A stretch of DNA of 64,000 bases from Candidatus Binatia bacterium (GTDB lineage Bacteria > Desulfobacterota > Binatia > Bin18): assembly GCA_963666315.2 (NCBI GenBank), contig CAXXHG010000027.1, positions 1 through 64,000 on the forward strand, in the 5' to 3' direction. The notes beneath the pieces are model-generated. The model searched no databases and was not told the DNA's origin. It saw nothing but the letters and a program-made list of their open reading frames with translations. A program made the translations under genes and the position numbers. Shown one piece after another: positions 41,700 to 51,683 of this stretch. The first letter of the stretch is position 1; each line of letters starts with the position of its first letter.

Positions 41700-41736
41700 G
41701 TTTTTGCTATTCAGATGGAAACTCTTTGATCTCTGA

Positions 41737-41913
41737 TTAGAGAATTGTCCCGGCGGTCTCTTTCAGAGTCTTATGCAAATGTACTCTCTCTTCTTCTTCG
41801 GCTGATAATATATTGATCGGCTCAGATTGTGTCTTCGCTTTACGGGCTTTCATCAGTTTGCGTAAACGAGTCTCAGGGACCCGGACTGTAAAGGCTTTTC
41901 GAGTTGTAGCCAT
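41737..41913 (-). CDS. Small RHH-like protein, probable orphan antitoxin (58 aa)
   Basis: MATTRKAFTVRVPETRLRKLMKARKAKTQSE..; below the ORF-track length cutoff. Confidence 0.4.
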   Translation of the reverse strand: MATTRKAFTVRVPETRLRKLMKARKAKTQSEPINILSAEEEERVHLHKTLKETAGTIL

Positions 41914-41945
41914 GGTGTTTCTTCTTTACTCCTTGATAGGCAAGG

Positions 41946-42857
41946 CTAAGATTCTTTAAGAAATCTTTGCTGCAATTCTTGAATTTCAGGCAGCCCAATA
42001 ATCTCTTCTCTCTCACGAAAAGACACCATGTCTTCAGCAATGGCTTCCGTATGGCCGTGCATACGGATTTCTGTTGCTGCTCGTTGCATAGCCCGAATAG
42101 CCGCACGCTGCAGATCAGACGGGACAATCATGATCCGGTAGCCGAGTGCGGCCAGCTGCTCGGCTGGCACAAGCGGGGTTTTACCGCCCCAGAACATATT
42201 AATCAAAAGTGGCGCTGTGACTGCGCAGGCAATGCGCTCGATTTCCTCAATCGACTGCGGGGCTTCGACAAAAATCACATCCGCACCCGCTTCGGCGTAA
42301 ACAGTCCCGCGCTCAACAGCCGCGTCTACGCCCAGTACAGCGCGTGCATCCGTCCGAGCGATCAGCACCAATTCGCTTGCGCCACGTGCCTCAACAGCGG
42401 CTTGAATCTTCTGGACCATCTCTGCAAGGCCGACGACCTGTTTGCCTTCGTAGTGGCCGCAACGTTTGGGCTCTACTTGATCTTCGATATGTAAGGCTGC
42501 TGCGCCAGCGCGTTCGTAGGCACGAATGGTCCGAATCACGTTAATGGCGTTTCCATAACCAGTATCGGCATCGACAATAAGCGGCAACGTCGTGACGGCC
42601 CGAATCTCTTCCAACCGTTTGTGCATTTCCGTCAGCGTGACTAGACCAACATCGGGATAACCCATGCTGCGGGCGATAGCTCCGCCACTGATATACAGCG
42701 CAGCAAAGCCTGCCGCCTCAGCAATCCGAGCGGACAAGCCGTCGTACACACCGGGCGCAATGAGGAGTTCCTCTTTCGAGAGTAGGGCTCGAAGTTCAGC
42801 CGGGCCTTGCGTCGATTGCAGCACGGCTCTACTCCCCCCGTGCAAACCGCGCAGCAT
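41946..42857 (-). CDS. Isocitrate lyase/PEP mutase family lyase (PrpB-like)
   Basis: VDADTGYG, IEDQVEPKRCGH, ARTDA. Confidence 0.92.
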   Translation of the reverse strand: MLRGLHGGSRAVLQSTQGPAELRALLSKEELLIAPGVYDGLSARIAEAAGFAALYISGGAIARSMGYPDVGLVTLTEMHKRLEEIRAVTTLPLIVDADTGYGNAINVIRTIRAYERAGAAALHIEDQVEPKRCGHYEGKQVVGLAEMVQKIQAAVEARGASELVLIARTDARAVLGVDAAVERGTVYAEAGADVIFVEAPQSIEEIERIACAVTAPLLINMFWGGKTPLVPAEQLAALGYRIMIVPSDLQRAAIRAMQRAATEIRMHGHTEAIAEDMVSFREREEIIGLPEIQELQQRFLKES

Positions 42858-44382
42858 GACTGCCTGCCAGCCGGCCGAATACGGCGCCGCGCATCAGGCC
42901 TGCGCCGCCGGGATAATTCAAATAGAAAAACCCACCGGTCATTTCACCGGTTGCAAACAGGCCGGGAATGGGCCGATCCAAGTAATCTACGACCGCTGCA
43001 TCAGTATTGATCCGAATCCCACCAAACGTGAAAGTAATACCCAACGAAACGGCATAGGCATGAAACGGTGGGGTATCGAGTCGGGTGGCCCAATTGGTTT
43101 TCTCGGGTCGTAAGCTGGTTGTATGTTTACAGTCCTTTATATCCGGATCGAATTCGCCCTTTTGGACGGCTGCGTTATACGTTTCGAGCGTAGCCAGGAA
43201 AGCGTCTCTCCGAAAATCTAAGGCTGCGTAACGCTCTTCAATCCGGTCCGCCAGATCAGCCAGGGTGGCTGCGATAATGGGCGTGCCCGTATTATAGCGG
43301 GTTTCTAAGAGGGACACGGTCTGCTGGTCAAAGACCTGAAAGATGGTGGCGCTGCGTTGCTGCAAAATTTCGCGGCCCATCTTGGCGTAGGTGTATAGAT
43401 TGGAATCTTCGCCTTCGTCGACAAACCGTTCGCCGTCCAGATTGACCATGACCGAGAATGGGTAGGACAACCGGTTTGTTTTGTCTGTTAGGCGTAGGTC
43501 GCCGTAGATTGGTGCATCCGCGTCAATCGGCGTAGCATGACAGCCCGCCCATTCGCCATAACTTTGGGCTCCGATGCTTAATGCCGCCCGCGTCATCTCC
43601 CCGGTATTGAAACGCGTCCCACGGACTTTGACTAAACTCCAGCTAGGACCCAGATAGGCAGTGCGCATCTCCGGATTGGCCTGGAATCCGCCGCTTGCCA
43701 GAATGAGGGCTTGGCAATCTAGACTACGGGTACCGCTTGGATCGCGGACCTCAAGGCCGGTCACCCGACCGCCGGGGCCGGTCACAATACGCTGGGCTTG
43801 GGTTTCATACCAGACCGGAATGTCGGCTTCACTAGCCAACCGAAACAAAGTGCTGGAGAGAAGAACGCCTTCCCCTTTGGCTCGGAGCGCGCCACCTCGG
43901 GCTAATTTTGTTTTTTGTTTGCCTGCAATAGTCACCGCGCCGACAGCGCGACTAAACTCCCATGCCACACCAAGATCGGCCATCCAGCGTACCGTGTCAT
44001 ACGAACGCGTAATCAAAGTGTGAATCAAGTCGGGATCGGCCCGTCCAGCGGTCACACGTTCAATATCCTGGAGGTAGGCCTCTTTCGTATATGAATCGAC
44101 CACCACATCGCCGGGATCGTCATTGTCCCGGACCAGGGCAACCAGATCGTCAAGCCCATTATACGTGCAGCGGAACACGCCGCCGGTAAACCGGGTATTC
44201 CCACCGCGAAGTTTTTGAGTGGCTTTTTCGAGGACCAGAACCTGGGCGCCCTCGACCTTGGCTGCGAGGGCGGCCGTAAATGCGGCGTTCCCTGCGCCGA
44301 CGACGATTACATCAAAGGAATCTTGGGAATCTAGTGTATCCTGAGACGAGTCAGACAATTCTGCATCCTCCTTCTTGGGCAA
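42829..44382 (-). CDS. TcuA-like FAD-dependent tricarballylate dehydrogenase family
   Basis: GAGNAA, RGGNTRFT, GGFQANPEMR, GITFTFGG, NYPGGAGL. Confidence 0.85.
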   Translation of the reverse strand: MPKKEDAELSDSSQDTLDSQDSFDVIVVGAGNAAFTAALAAKVEGAQVLVLEKATQKLRGGNTRFTGGVFRCTYNGLDDLVALVRDNDDPGDVVVDSYTKEAYLQDIERVTAGRADPDLIHTLITRSYDTVRWMADLGVAWEFSRAVGAVTIAGKQKTKLARGGALRAKGEGVLLSSTLFRLASEADIPVWYETQAQRIVTGPGGRVTGLEVRDPSGTRSLDCQALILASGGFQANPEMRTAYLGPSWSLVKVRGTRFNTGEMTRAALSIGAQSYGEWAGCHATPIDADAPIYGDLRLTDKTNRLSYPFSVMVNLDGERFVDEGEDSNLYTYAKMGREILQQRSATIFQVFDQQTVSLLETRYNTGTPIIAATLADLADRIEERYAALDFRRDAFLATLETYNAAVQKGEFDPDIKDCKHTTSLRPEKTNWATRLDTPPFHAYAVSLGITFTFGGIRINTDAAVVDYLDRPIPGLFATGEMTGGFFYLNYPGGAGLMRGAVFGRLAGSHAARFARGE

Positions 44383-44507
44383 CTATAGCGTGTCTCCCCT
44401 CGCCGTGTATCCCCGTGCGGTCTCTTGACCTGAGGATTCTACTTAGCGTAGACAGAAGAGAAAACCGTGCTGAACCAATCAGAGGCGCGGCAAAAAGGAG
44501 GGACGGT

Positions 44508-44999
44508 ATGAATCCACGTGGAATGTCGCACATTGCCCTGTGTACGAAAGATTTTGATCGATCCATGCATTTCTATTGCGATCTGCTGGGCTTTCAGGTC
44601 GCTCAGAAAGGGACGACGGTAGAGCAGGGCGAATATCAGCGGGGGATCTATAAGAAGAAAGACCGAGAGGTGAAGTTTGCCATTCTGCGCCACGGTGAGA
44701 AGAAAAACACGCCGTATGGGATGAACGAAGATGCTCCGGTCATTGCTCTTATTGCCCCCATTGGCGACCCGCCGACCGGCAAGAGCATTCTCGTTGACCA
44801 GATCGGCATTTCCCACTTTGGGGTGTGGGTGAAAGGCCTTAACAAGGTCCATAAAGATCTTGTCAGTAAAGGCGTAGAATTTGTCGCCCCGCCTCACGTC
44901 CTAGCCAAGACCAAAGACGGTACGATCCGGAGCGCGTTTCTGAAAGATCCGGACGGAATTATTATCCAGCTGGACGAAATGGTTCCGGCTCGGAAGTAG
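44508..44999 (+). CDS. VOC/glyoxalase family protein
   Basis: SHIALC..FYCDLLGF..FLKDPDG. Confidence 0.88.
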   Translation: MNPRGMSHIALCTKDFDRSMHFYCDLLGFQVAQKGTTVEQGEYQRGIYKKKDREVKFAILRHGEKKNTPYGMNEDAPVIALIAPIGDPPTGKSILVDQIGISHFGVWVKGLNKVHKDLVSKGVEFVAPPHVLAKTKDGTIRSAFLKDPDGIIIQLDEMVPARK

Positions 45000-45047
45000 G
45001 GATAGAAATTGTTTGTAGGGGCGATCCTATGTGGTCGCCCTGTTCGC

Positions 45048-45824
45048 TTAGTGTTCCGTTTGTTCCGGCTGCGGCTGGGCCTGTTTGCTTCGGATGTCCT
45101 TGGCCCTGGCTGCCATCTCGCCGGCCTCAGCCCCGCGGTTGAGCTTCTGCAGCAGCGCAGCATACTTTTCAAGTAGGATGGCAACGGCAGGGTGATCAGC
45201 TCCCAACTTCTCTTCCCGGATTTGTAAGGCGCGCTGGAAAAGGGGATCCGCGTCTGTATTCTTACCTTGGGCAACCGCAAGCTCAGCCAGTCCACTCAGG
45301 CTGGTTGCGACCGCCGGGTGCGTCGACCCCAGCGCCCGCTGTCGGATGTCGAGAGAACGTTGGAAGAGAGATTCTGCTTCCTCATAACGTTCCTGGCCCA
45401 TATAGACGGCGGCTAAGTTATTCAGACAATTTGTGATTCGGTAATGATGGGGGCCGACCAGGGCTTCCGCAATTTTCAGCGCGCGTTGCAGAAAGGTTTC
45501 GGCCTCATCGTATTTCCCCAATTCCCGATACAGCGAGGCGAGATTATTGAGACTCTGCGCGACCCAGGGGTGGTGAGGACCATAGTGTTCCTCTCGGATA
45601 GACAGCGCACGCTGGTAGCACGCTGCCGCCTCATCTCGCTTGCCCTGATTGTGAGACAGGCTGCCTAAGTTGTTCAAGACAACGGCGACCCGAGAGTCTT
45701 TTGGGCCATATTTTTCCACCTCGAGGAGGGCAGCCCGGAGCCGTTGCTCGGCTTCGATATAGTGGCCGCTTTGGTACAGCCGTGCGCCTTCTGCGTTTGC
45801 CGCTGCCCACTGATTGTCACTCAT
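45048..45824 (-). CDS. Tetratricopeptide repeat protein (kinesin-light-chain type)
   Basis: Repeats GxxHPxVAxSLNNLAxLY. Confidence 0.92.
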   Translation of the reverse strand: MSDNQWAAANAEGARLYQSGHYIEAEQRLRAALLEVEKYGPKDSRVAVVLNNLGSLSHNQGKRDEAAACYQRALSIREEHYGPHHPWVAQSLNNLASLYRELGKYDEAETFLQRALKIAEALVGPHHYRITNCLNNLAAVYMGQERYEEAESLFQRSLDIRQRALGSTHPAVATSLSGLAELAVAQGKNTDADPLFQRALQIREEKLGADHPAVAILLEKYAALLQKLNRGAEAGEMAARAKDIRSKQAQPQPEQTEH

Positions 45825-45961
45825 AGCGCTCCCCTTTTTTCTCACCCAGGATGCTGCGAATGCCGCTCCTGTCGGTCACTCTATACAGACTGCGACGTTT
45901 GCGCATGTCGCTGGGCGCTTGCGACTATGGCCTGAGAAAGGAGAAGGCATGGAAGGGGAGA

Positions 45962-46084
45962 CTACGCTGTTAAAAGCATCTTCACGACGGGTAAGAGTCC
46001 AGCCCGCGGGTTGTAGTGCTCCCAGCGCGTACTGTCGCTGAGCCAGGTCTTGTACATCTTCTGCGGTGTGTTTGCTGCTCCCAT
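45962..46084 (-). pseudogene. 5' stub of a sulfotransferase-like gene
   Basis: GAGGAG RBS; MGAANTPQKMYKTWLSDSTRWEHYNPRAG, cut just before the expected PAPS-binding motif. Confidence 0.55.
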
Positions 46085-46379
46085 TCTGGCTCCTCTCCAG
46101 CTCAGTAGTGTTCGCTATAGCTATTCTCGGCACGTTCTACAAAGGAACGTAAACGGTTGCAATACGGCATACCTTGCGCTACCCCCAGAGCGATTCCACG
46201 TCCGTCCCTTGTCTTGTACAATGAGTGCCGCGATGCTACTTCGGGGACCGTGGTCCGCCCCGCGCACCGTTGGATGGCTACTGACTAACCGCCACTTCAA
46301 ATCTCAAACCAGAACAGGAGGAAGAAGCTTATGAGACCCATCACCTGTACTCTGATCGTCGGCATGGCCTGTGCCAGTA

Positions 46380-46566
46380 TTCCCAGCTCCATAATGACCG
46401 GACGTAAGCGCGCTTTCGTTTCGGTTTCCAATTGCAACACGACGGCCATCCTGCAGCGCTGCCCCGGATCGGCATAGAAGGCCAGCATACGATTGGCCAA
46501 GACTTCGCCACTGATCTCGCCCTGATACCATTCCATGACCCCTTGTTTGAATTCGTCCAGCGACAT
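46380..46566 (-). pseudogene. 5' stub of a ferritin-like hypothetical gene, joined to a convergent signal-peptide stub (46331-46380 +)
   Basis: YQGEISGE..LQLETETKARLRP; both stubs have AGGAGG RBS. Confidence 0.5.
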
Positions 46567-47000
46567 CGCGAGTCCCTCCTTATGGGATAAGAGCGTTCTC
46601 CGGCCCCGTACGTTTCGTTCCCCTTCTATCCGATGGTCTCAACAGGCGCTGTGATGGTCGAGCGTCTGCGGGCTCGGTCCGACTAGGTTGGGGTTGTTCT
46701 CGACCATCCACTCAAGAATCCCTTCCAGGATGCCAATCCGAAACTCATTCTCAATAATCTGTGTGGGGTCGATTGCACCGAATGTCTGATTCACAGTAGT
46801 GCTCCGCCGCTCGGGGTGATTTCAATGCTTGGCCGGGGGCGGCGAAGACGGCCCTTGCTTGACCGGCTGGTTACTTTTCCGCAAGCCGTAAGCGATCCTC
46901 AGGAAGTCGGCGATTTCCTGTGTCGCTCTGCTATCGTCCTGGCCTCCCTCCAGTTCCCGCCATTGGCGCGCTAAATCTTGGCGGATCTCTTCATCGCGTG

Positions 47001-47336
47001 TCAGGGTCTCGGCCCTCCCCACGCACGCCCATTGTCGGCCCCGTACTCGTACGGGCTACTTTTATCTACCGAGGTAATCAGCGGGTGGCGGAGGAGCCAG
47101 ACTAAGATGCGTTCTTGATTGGCCTCGTAGTCGTCCCGCCGTCCCAGTTCGACAACCCCGGACAAGGCGTGGTTCACAATGTGCCCTCGAAACATCAGTC
47201 CGTGGGGCTCCAGTACCTGTGCCCGAAACGCCGCCAGCAGTGTCGTTGTAGCGCGGTCCGTCAACGAGACCTCGAGGTACATGCCGAATGTCCGAAATTC
47301 TCTACAGCGTGTCTTCTTGCGGAGGCGGCGGCGCAT
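47001..47336 (-). CDS. YggL/DUF469-like protein
   Basis: MRRRLRKKTRCREFRTFG..FRAQVLEPHGLMFRG..WLLRHP. Confidence 0.65.
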   Translation of the reverse strand: MRRRLRKKTRCREFRTFGMYLEVSLTDRATTTLLAAFRAQVLEPHGLMFRGHIVNHALSGVVELGRRDDYEANQERILVWLLRHPLITSVDKSSPYEYGADNGRAWGGPRP

Positions 47337-47586
47337 CCGGGCAATGATAGGGGGGGGGTTTGTCGAGATTTCAACGCTTAGGCCGCGCCGTACTGGTGCA
47401 GGGCGAGCGACAACCCTACGGCCTCTTGAAGAGCAGTGGATCATGACAAACACCACTACGAAGAGGTATCGGCGTATCGGCAACGCGCTTAACCATGATC
47501 AGCTATAACATAGCGTGAAGCTAGCTACGAGCCCGTAGCATTGCAGGGGAATCGCCCATCGAGGAAGGGGAGATGGAGGAGAGAGC

Positions 47587-47829
47587 ATGGCGGCAAAACA
47601 CAGCTATGAGGCGCAGGTGTGGAAATATCTCAATACGGAGTTGTACTGGGTTGTGGTTGTCCAGGATGGAACGCGCCCGATTAAGCATTATCCTGGCTTG
47701 CACCCGAAGCCAAAGCAGCAGGAAGTGCAGCGTCTTTCGTATATACCCGGTGCTCCCACCTGGTGGGTCGATCGGGTCGGGGGCTCTCAGAAATATCAAT
47801 TGGATGCTGCGCACAAGTGGAGTGTATAG
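47587..47829 (+). CDS. Hypothetical protein
   Basis: GGAGGAG RBS, 80-aa ORF. Confidence 0.5.
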   Translation: MAAKHSYEAQVWKYLNTELYWVVVVQDGTRPIKHYPGLHPKPKQQEVQRLSYIPGAPTWWVDRVGGSQKYQLDAAHKWSV

Positions 47830-48132
47830 CGAGACCTGCACCACGTGGCTCACGGGCAAAGATCACACCTCTCCTGACCGCAAATGCGCGTCTATCGCGT
47901 ACTGGGAGCATCGCAATTCAGCGCCAGCAGGCCGCAATCTGGCCCACGAATTCCGTCAGATCCTGCAAACGCCGCACGTACTCACTCACTGGCCCGCGTT
48001 GCCGTTGACTGAGACGCAGGTCAAGCGCGTCCGGTGGTACTTGGTGGCGTACGCCGTCCGACATGCCCATGATCCCAAGGAGGCTTTTGAGTTTGCCGGC
48101 TGAACGCCGTATCGACGATGGCTGAGTTTTCA

Positions 48133-48748
48133 ATGACAGCAAAACGACAGCACTATAACCCACAATTCTACCTCCGCTATTTTCTACCTGCAGGCGAAAA
48201 GACGTTCTGGGTTTACGATAAAGAGGGCGGTGAACCTAGACGGCAAGCACCGCTCAATACTGGCATCATCGGGAATTTCTATACCGCCGAAACGCCTACG
48301 GGTGAACGAGTAGACCTGGAGAACGAGTCGCCAAGTCAATCTTGGACCGCTGGCAGGAACCCAGAGCTATTCCCGAGCCACATGAGACAGCGGAAGTTGC
48401 CTATTTTCTTGCACTTCTCCATACACGTGTCCCCAGAGCGCTTAGTACGGTGCAAGAACACGGCGTAGCATTGACACTGGCAAAGCTAGACCAGCTGAGG
48501 AGTGACCCTGAGCAAGTGAAGCGGGAGTTACAAAAGTTTGAGGATGAGACAGGGAAGGCACTAACAGAAGAAGAGTACCTTGAAGCGCTAGCGAATCCCT
48601 TTGAACATATTCAGATGCAATTCAACGAGAAAGTTGCTCTTGGTATTTCGTTGGGAACTACCGACGGACTTGCTGCTGAGCTGCTGAGCTTGAACTGGTG
48701 TTTATGTACGGCACCACATGACACCGTTTTTACCACCTGTGATGCGCG
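48133..48748 (+). pseudogene. DUF4238 family, frameshifted and 3'-truncated
   Basis: KRQHYNPQFYLRYF..FYT; second frame FLALLHTRVP..FTTCD, then junction. Confidence 0.75.
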
Positions 48749-48951
48749 GTTCGACCTCGGCCAGAGAAGGGGAAGCTTGGGCGAGGCAAGCGACCAAGGA
48801 GACAATACCCCAAACAGTCCCTAATCGGCGTTGCCACATAATTGGTCCTTTACCCATACGCGTCAGTCCCAGCGGCTTTCCTTTTACTTGTCACCAAGGG
48901 ATCGGTTTGTCCCCGCAATGTCTAGCCGTCATAACCAGAGGACTGCCGAGC

Positions 48952-49022
48952 TGTGTCTATTCACTAGGTTAAGAGCTCTCTGTGTGTCCTTAACAGTGTC
49001 CCGTCACTGTTCTACTTCAACA
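48952..49022 (+). repeat. Left att repeat (66/71 identical to 62284-62354), core TGTT-CTACTTC-AACA at 49008-49022
   Basis: Manual alignment. Confidence 0.9.
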
Positions 49023-49136
49023 CAAACCGTGAGTTTCGTAACCCCCCGAAAAGAGGCAACAAGCCTTGATTCCATAGGGGTTACGGGACATCGAGTTGTC
49101 CTCCCCATTCCTCTCCATTCCCCCCGAATCCCCGTG

Positions 49137-49160
49137 AAAGTCCCGCGAATTTTCACAACA
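49137..49160 (+). repeat. Arm-type repeat aaagtcccgcgaattttcacaaca
   Basis: Exact 24-bp copy at 62223-62246. Confidence 0.88.
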
Positions 49161-49331
49161 GGCAGGGGGCGGAAAATCGTGTGAGCCTGCCGCAACTACT
49201 CCCGCCGACCAACCACGAGGGTTGTAGCAAGGGGAAGGGTGTGAGAACCTGGCCCCAGCCTGCTCCACGACCGTCAGCGGAGCCTCATGCTCATCCGAAT
49301 ACCGACCCGGAGCGAACCCTAGCCTCGTTGC

Positions 49332-51260
49332 TTATAAACACGGAAGATTTGACGTTTCCATTCTCAGTGTTGCCCCAAGTTGCGCGGAAAACCCTGCCGC
49401 TAGCCGAGAGGTGTTGGATCGGAACGTAATTGCAGCCCCATTCGGAATCGTGGTGTTTGTCCCCGCCGTAATCGTGTGTTGCGCCTTGAGTATCTGAGTG
49501 CCGGTCAAGGATTGGTTAGAGAAGGAGAGATCGGCACGCGCGTTTATCTCTTCGAGCGTGGGCGCGGCAACGCCTGAACAATCGGTCGTTGCGTTCAGGG
49601 CGGCCAAGGCGTCCACCCTGCCGAATCCCGAAAGTGAATCGAACCCGCCTCCTTCAATATCTACTGCAGTCTTGGTTAGAACTTCGTACACTTGCGCCGG
49701 CGTGAAATGAGGATGAGCTTCAAGGAGCATGGCGGCTATAGCCGCAACATGCGGCGCTGCTGCTGATGTGCCACAGAATTTAGTAGGGAATGTACCGGGG
49801 CCAGTGTTCGTGACACAGTCAACTGCCGTCAGATCCGGCTTGGCGCGAGACACGAAAGAGGGATGGTGAATGTCGGAAGGGCCTCTGTTGCTAGAAGACT
49901 GGATAGTACCTGGCGTGGCTTGGTGTGCCGCTGCAACAGCGAAAACACCAGGGACTGCCGGGTGACCGAAGACGCTGCCTGCTGTTATGGTGTCCGCATT
50001 GTCCAACGCAGCGTTGGTGCCAAGAACAAATAGCTCGATAGTCTGATTGGTGAGTCCCGAAACCTTGCGGACTTGTAGAGAGCAGCCAGCAGAGCAGTTC
50101 TCCGAAAAACTCTCAATTAGATCGTCATTCCCATCTTGCCGCGTATTGAAACCTGCACAGGTTGCAGGGGATTCTTCAAATAAGCACAAGTCATAGTCGT
50201 CCGCTGACCCGCCGAACATATTGCTCCACTGTAAAACAACAGTGGCTGGGTTACCGGTAACGTTGAACATCGTATTGCCGACTCCAATCTGATGACTATG
50301 GACGCCGTCGAAACTGTCTAGGAACGTGGCTTCGTAATGCACCGAAGCCTGGTTGCCAGCGGATGATACGTAACTCGCGTCTCCGGCAATGGCAGCAGCA
50401 GCAGCTTGGGCAATCATCCCATCTTGGAAAAATGGTTCTCCAAAACATCCCAAGTCATCAACTATGATATCGGCTAGAAAGCCAGGGGAAGGCGCGGCTA
50501 GGACCTGTATGCAGTCGTCCATTGCTAGGCAAGTCGCAGGCCCGCAGAATGCCAGTTGTGCCCCGGGCGCGAGATCGTGGATGATTTCCAGCATCGCGGT
50601 CCCTTCATCACCGGATCCTGGATGAGCGTTAGCAATTGCGAATACCGGAAGGTCTCCCGTGGCCTGAGAGGCGGCTCGGGAATCCACACCATCTGATATG
50701 ACACCGACGCGAATACCGGAGCCATCTACTCCAAATTTATTGAACGCGGCGACCGCATTTAGAAGGATATCGCCTTCAGTCCTAACGCTACCTGTCATTG
50801 GTATTGGGTAATCGGGAGGCTGGACCTTGAGGATAAACTCAAAGTCCGCAATGATCTCGATGTAGTCGTATGGCACCCAGGCTTGAATGAGATTCCACTC
50901 CTCATTCACAATCTCAATCTCGACACCAACGGATTTAAGGATTTCCTGGATATCATCGTCAACGAAGTCAACTTTGAGATACACCTGCACCCGCGCTGCG
51001 TCGTCGACTTTCACCAATGAAGATGAGAAGCGCTCGGCTATACGCAACGTCGCTGCATTGGTAGACGTAGCGTTGGCCTCCTCCAGCGCCGAGCAGGTGC
51101 GGCGGAGAAGTGGACTAATTTTATGCTGGGCAGGCGTCAAATGTGCTTGTGATTTGTTGGGAATCCGCAGGACCGGCGAACTGGAATTCGGGTCTGACCT
51201 GACGGAGACTGAGGATACCGCTAACAGTATCAGGCCAAGGATGAGTGTGCGGCTACGCAT
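49332..51260 (-). CDS. Secreted S8 subtilisin-like peptidase (ED-S type) with C-terminal beta domain
   Basis: Signal peptide; VGVISDG, DEGTAMLEIIHDLAPGA, SSAGN, GTSAAAPHVA. Confidence 0.92.
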   Translation of the reverse strand: MRSRTLILGLILLAVSSVSVRSDPNSSSPVLRIPNKSQAHLTPAQHKISPLLRRTCSALEEANATSTNAATLRIAERFSSSLVKVDDAARVQVYLKVDFVDDDIQEILKSVGVEIEIVNEEWNLIQAWVPYDYIEIIADFEFILKVQPPDYPIPMTGSVRTEGDILLNAVAAFNKFGVDGSGIRVGVISDGVDSRAASQATGDLPVFAIANAHPGSGDEGTAMLEIIHDLAPGAQLAFCGPATCLAMDDCIQVLAAPSPGFLADIIVDDLGCFGEPFFQDGMIAQAAAAAIAGDASYVSSAGNQASVHYEATFLDSFDGVHSHQIGVGNTMFNVTGNPATVVLQWSNMFGGSADDYDLCLFEESPATCAGFNTRQDGNDDLIESFSENCSAGCSLQVRKVSGLTNQTIELFVLGTNAALDNADTITAGSVFGHPAVPGVFAVAAAHQATPGTIQSSSNRGPSDIHHPSFVSRAKPDLTAVDCVTNTGPGTFPTKFCGTSAAAPHVAAIAAMLLEAHPHFTPAQVYEVLTKTAVDIEGGGFDSLSGFGRVDALAALNATTDCSGVAAPTLEEINARADLSFSNQSLTGTQILKAQHTITAGTNTTIPNGAAITFRSNTSRLAAGFSAQLGATLRMETSNLPCL

Positions 51261-51272
51261 ACGTGTAGCGCC

Positions 51273-51683
51273 TTATTTTTCCTCACTCTTGTTGGTCGAA
51301 CATTCTTCTAAAGAATTTCCATTGTCCGCCAGGTTGTTCAGGCTCGTCGCCACAGCGGGATGGTCCGGCCCCAGCGCCTGCTCGTCTATTGCCAGCGCCC
51401 GCTTATAGAGCGGCTCGGCCAGCGCGTAGCGGCCTTGGTCAATGTAGAGCGAGGCTAGATTACTCAGGCTCACTTCCACATCGGCATGGTCTGGCCCGAC
51501 GTTTTTCTCGGCTATTTCAAGGGCTTTTTTGTCAACCGTGACGGCACGGCCATATTGGCCTGCACGATGCAGCTCCTGACCCTCCTGAATCAGGATGTCC
51601 CATTCAATGCCCGCCTCACCGGGCGAAACCGGCAGCGGCCACAACAGCAACAACACCGTGATGATAGTCGGGATATATTTCAT
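51273..51683 (-). pseudogene. Secreted TPR protein, 3'-truncated
   Basis: Signal peptide; two TPRs; breaks after GPDHPAVATSLNNLA. Confidence 0.75.

Noticed and set aside
48952-49160. tRNA or tmRNA integration target
   Set aside because: No T-loop GTTCGA/CCA or cloverleaf at either att repeat
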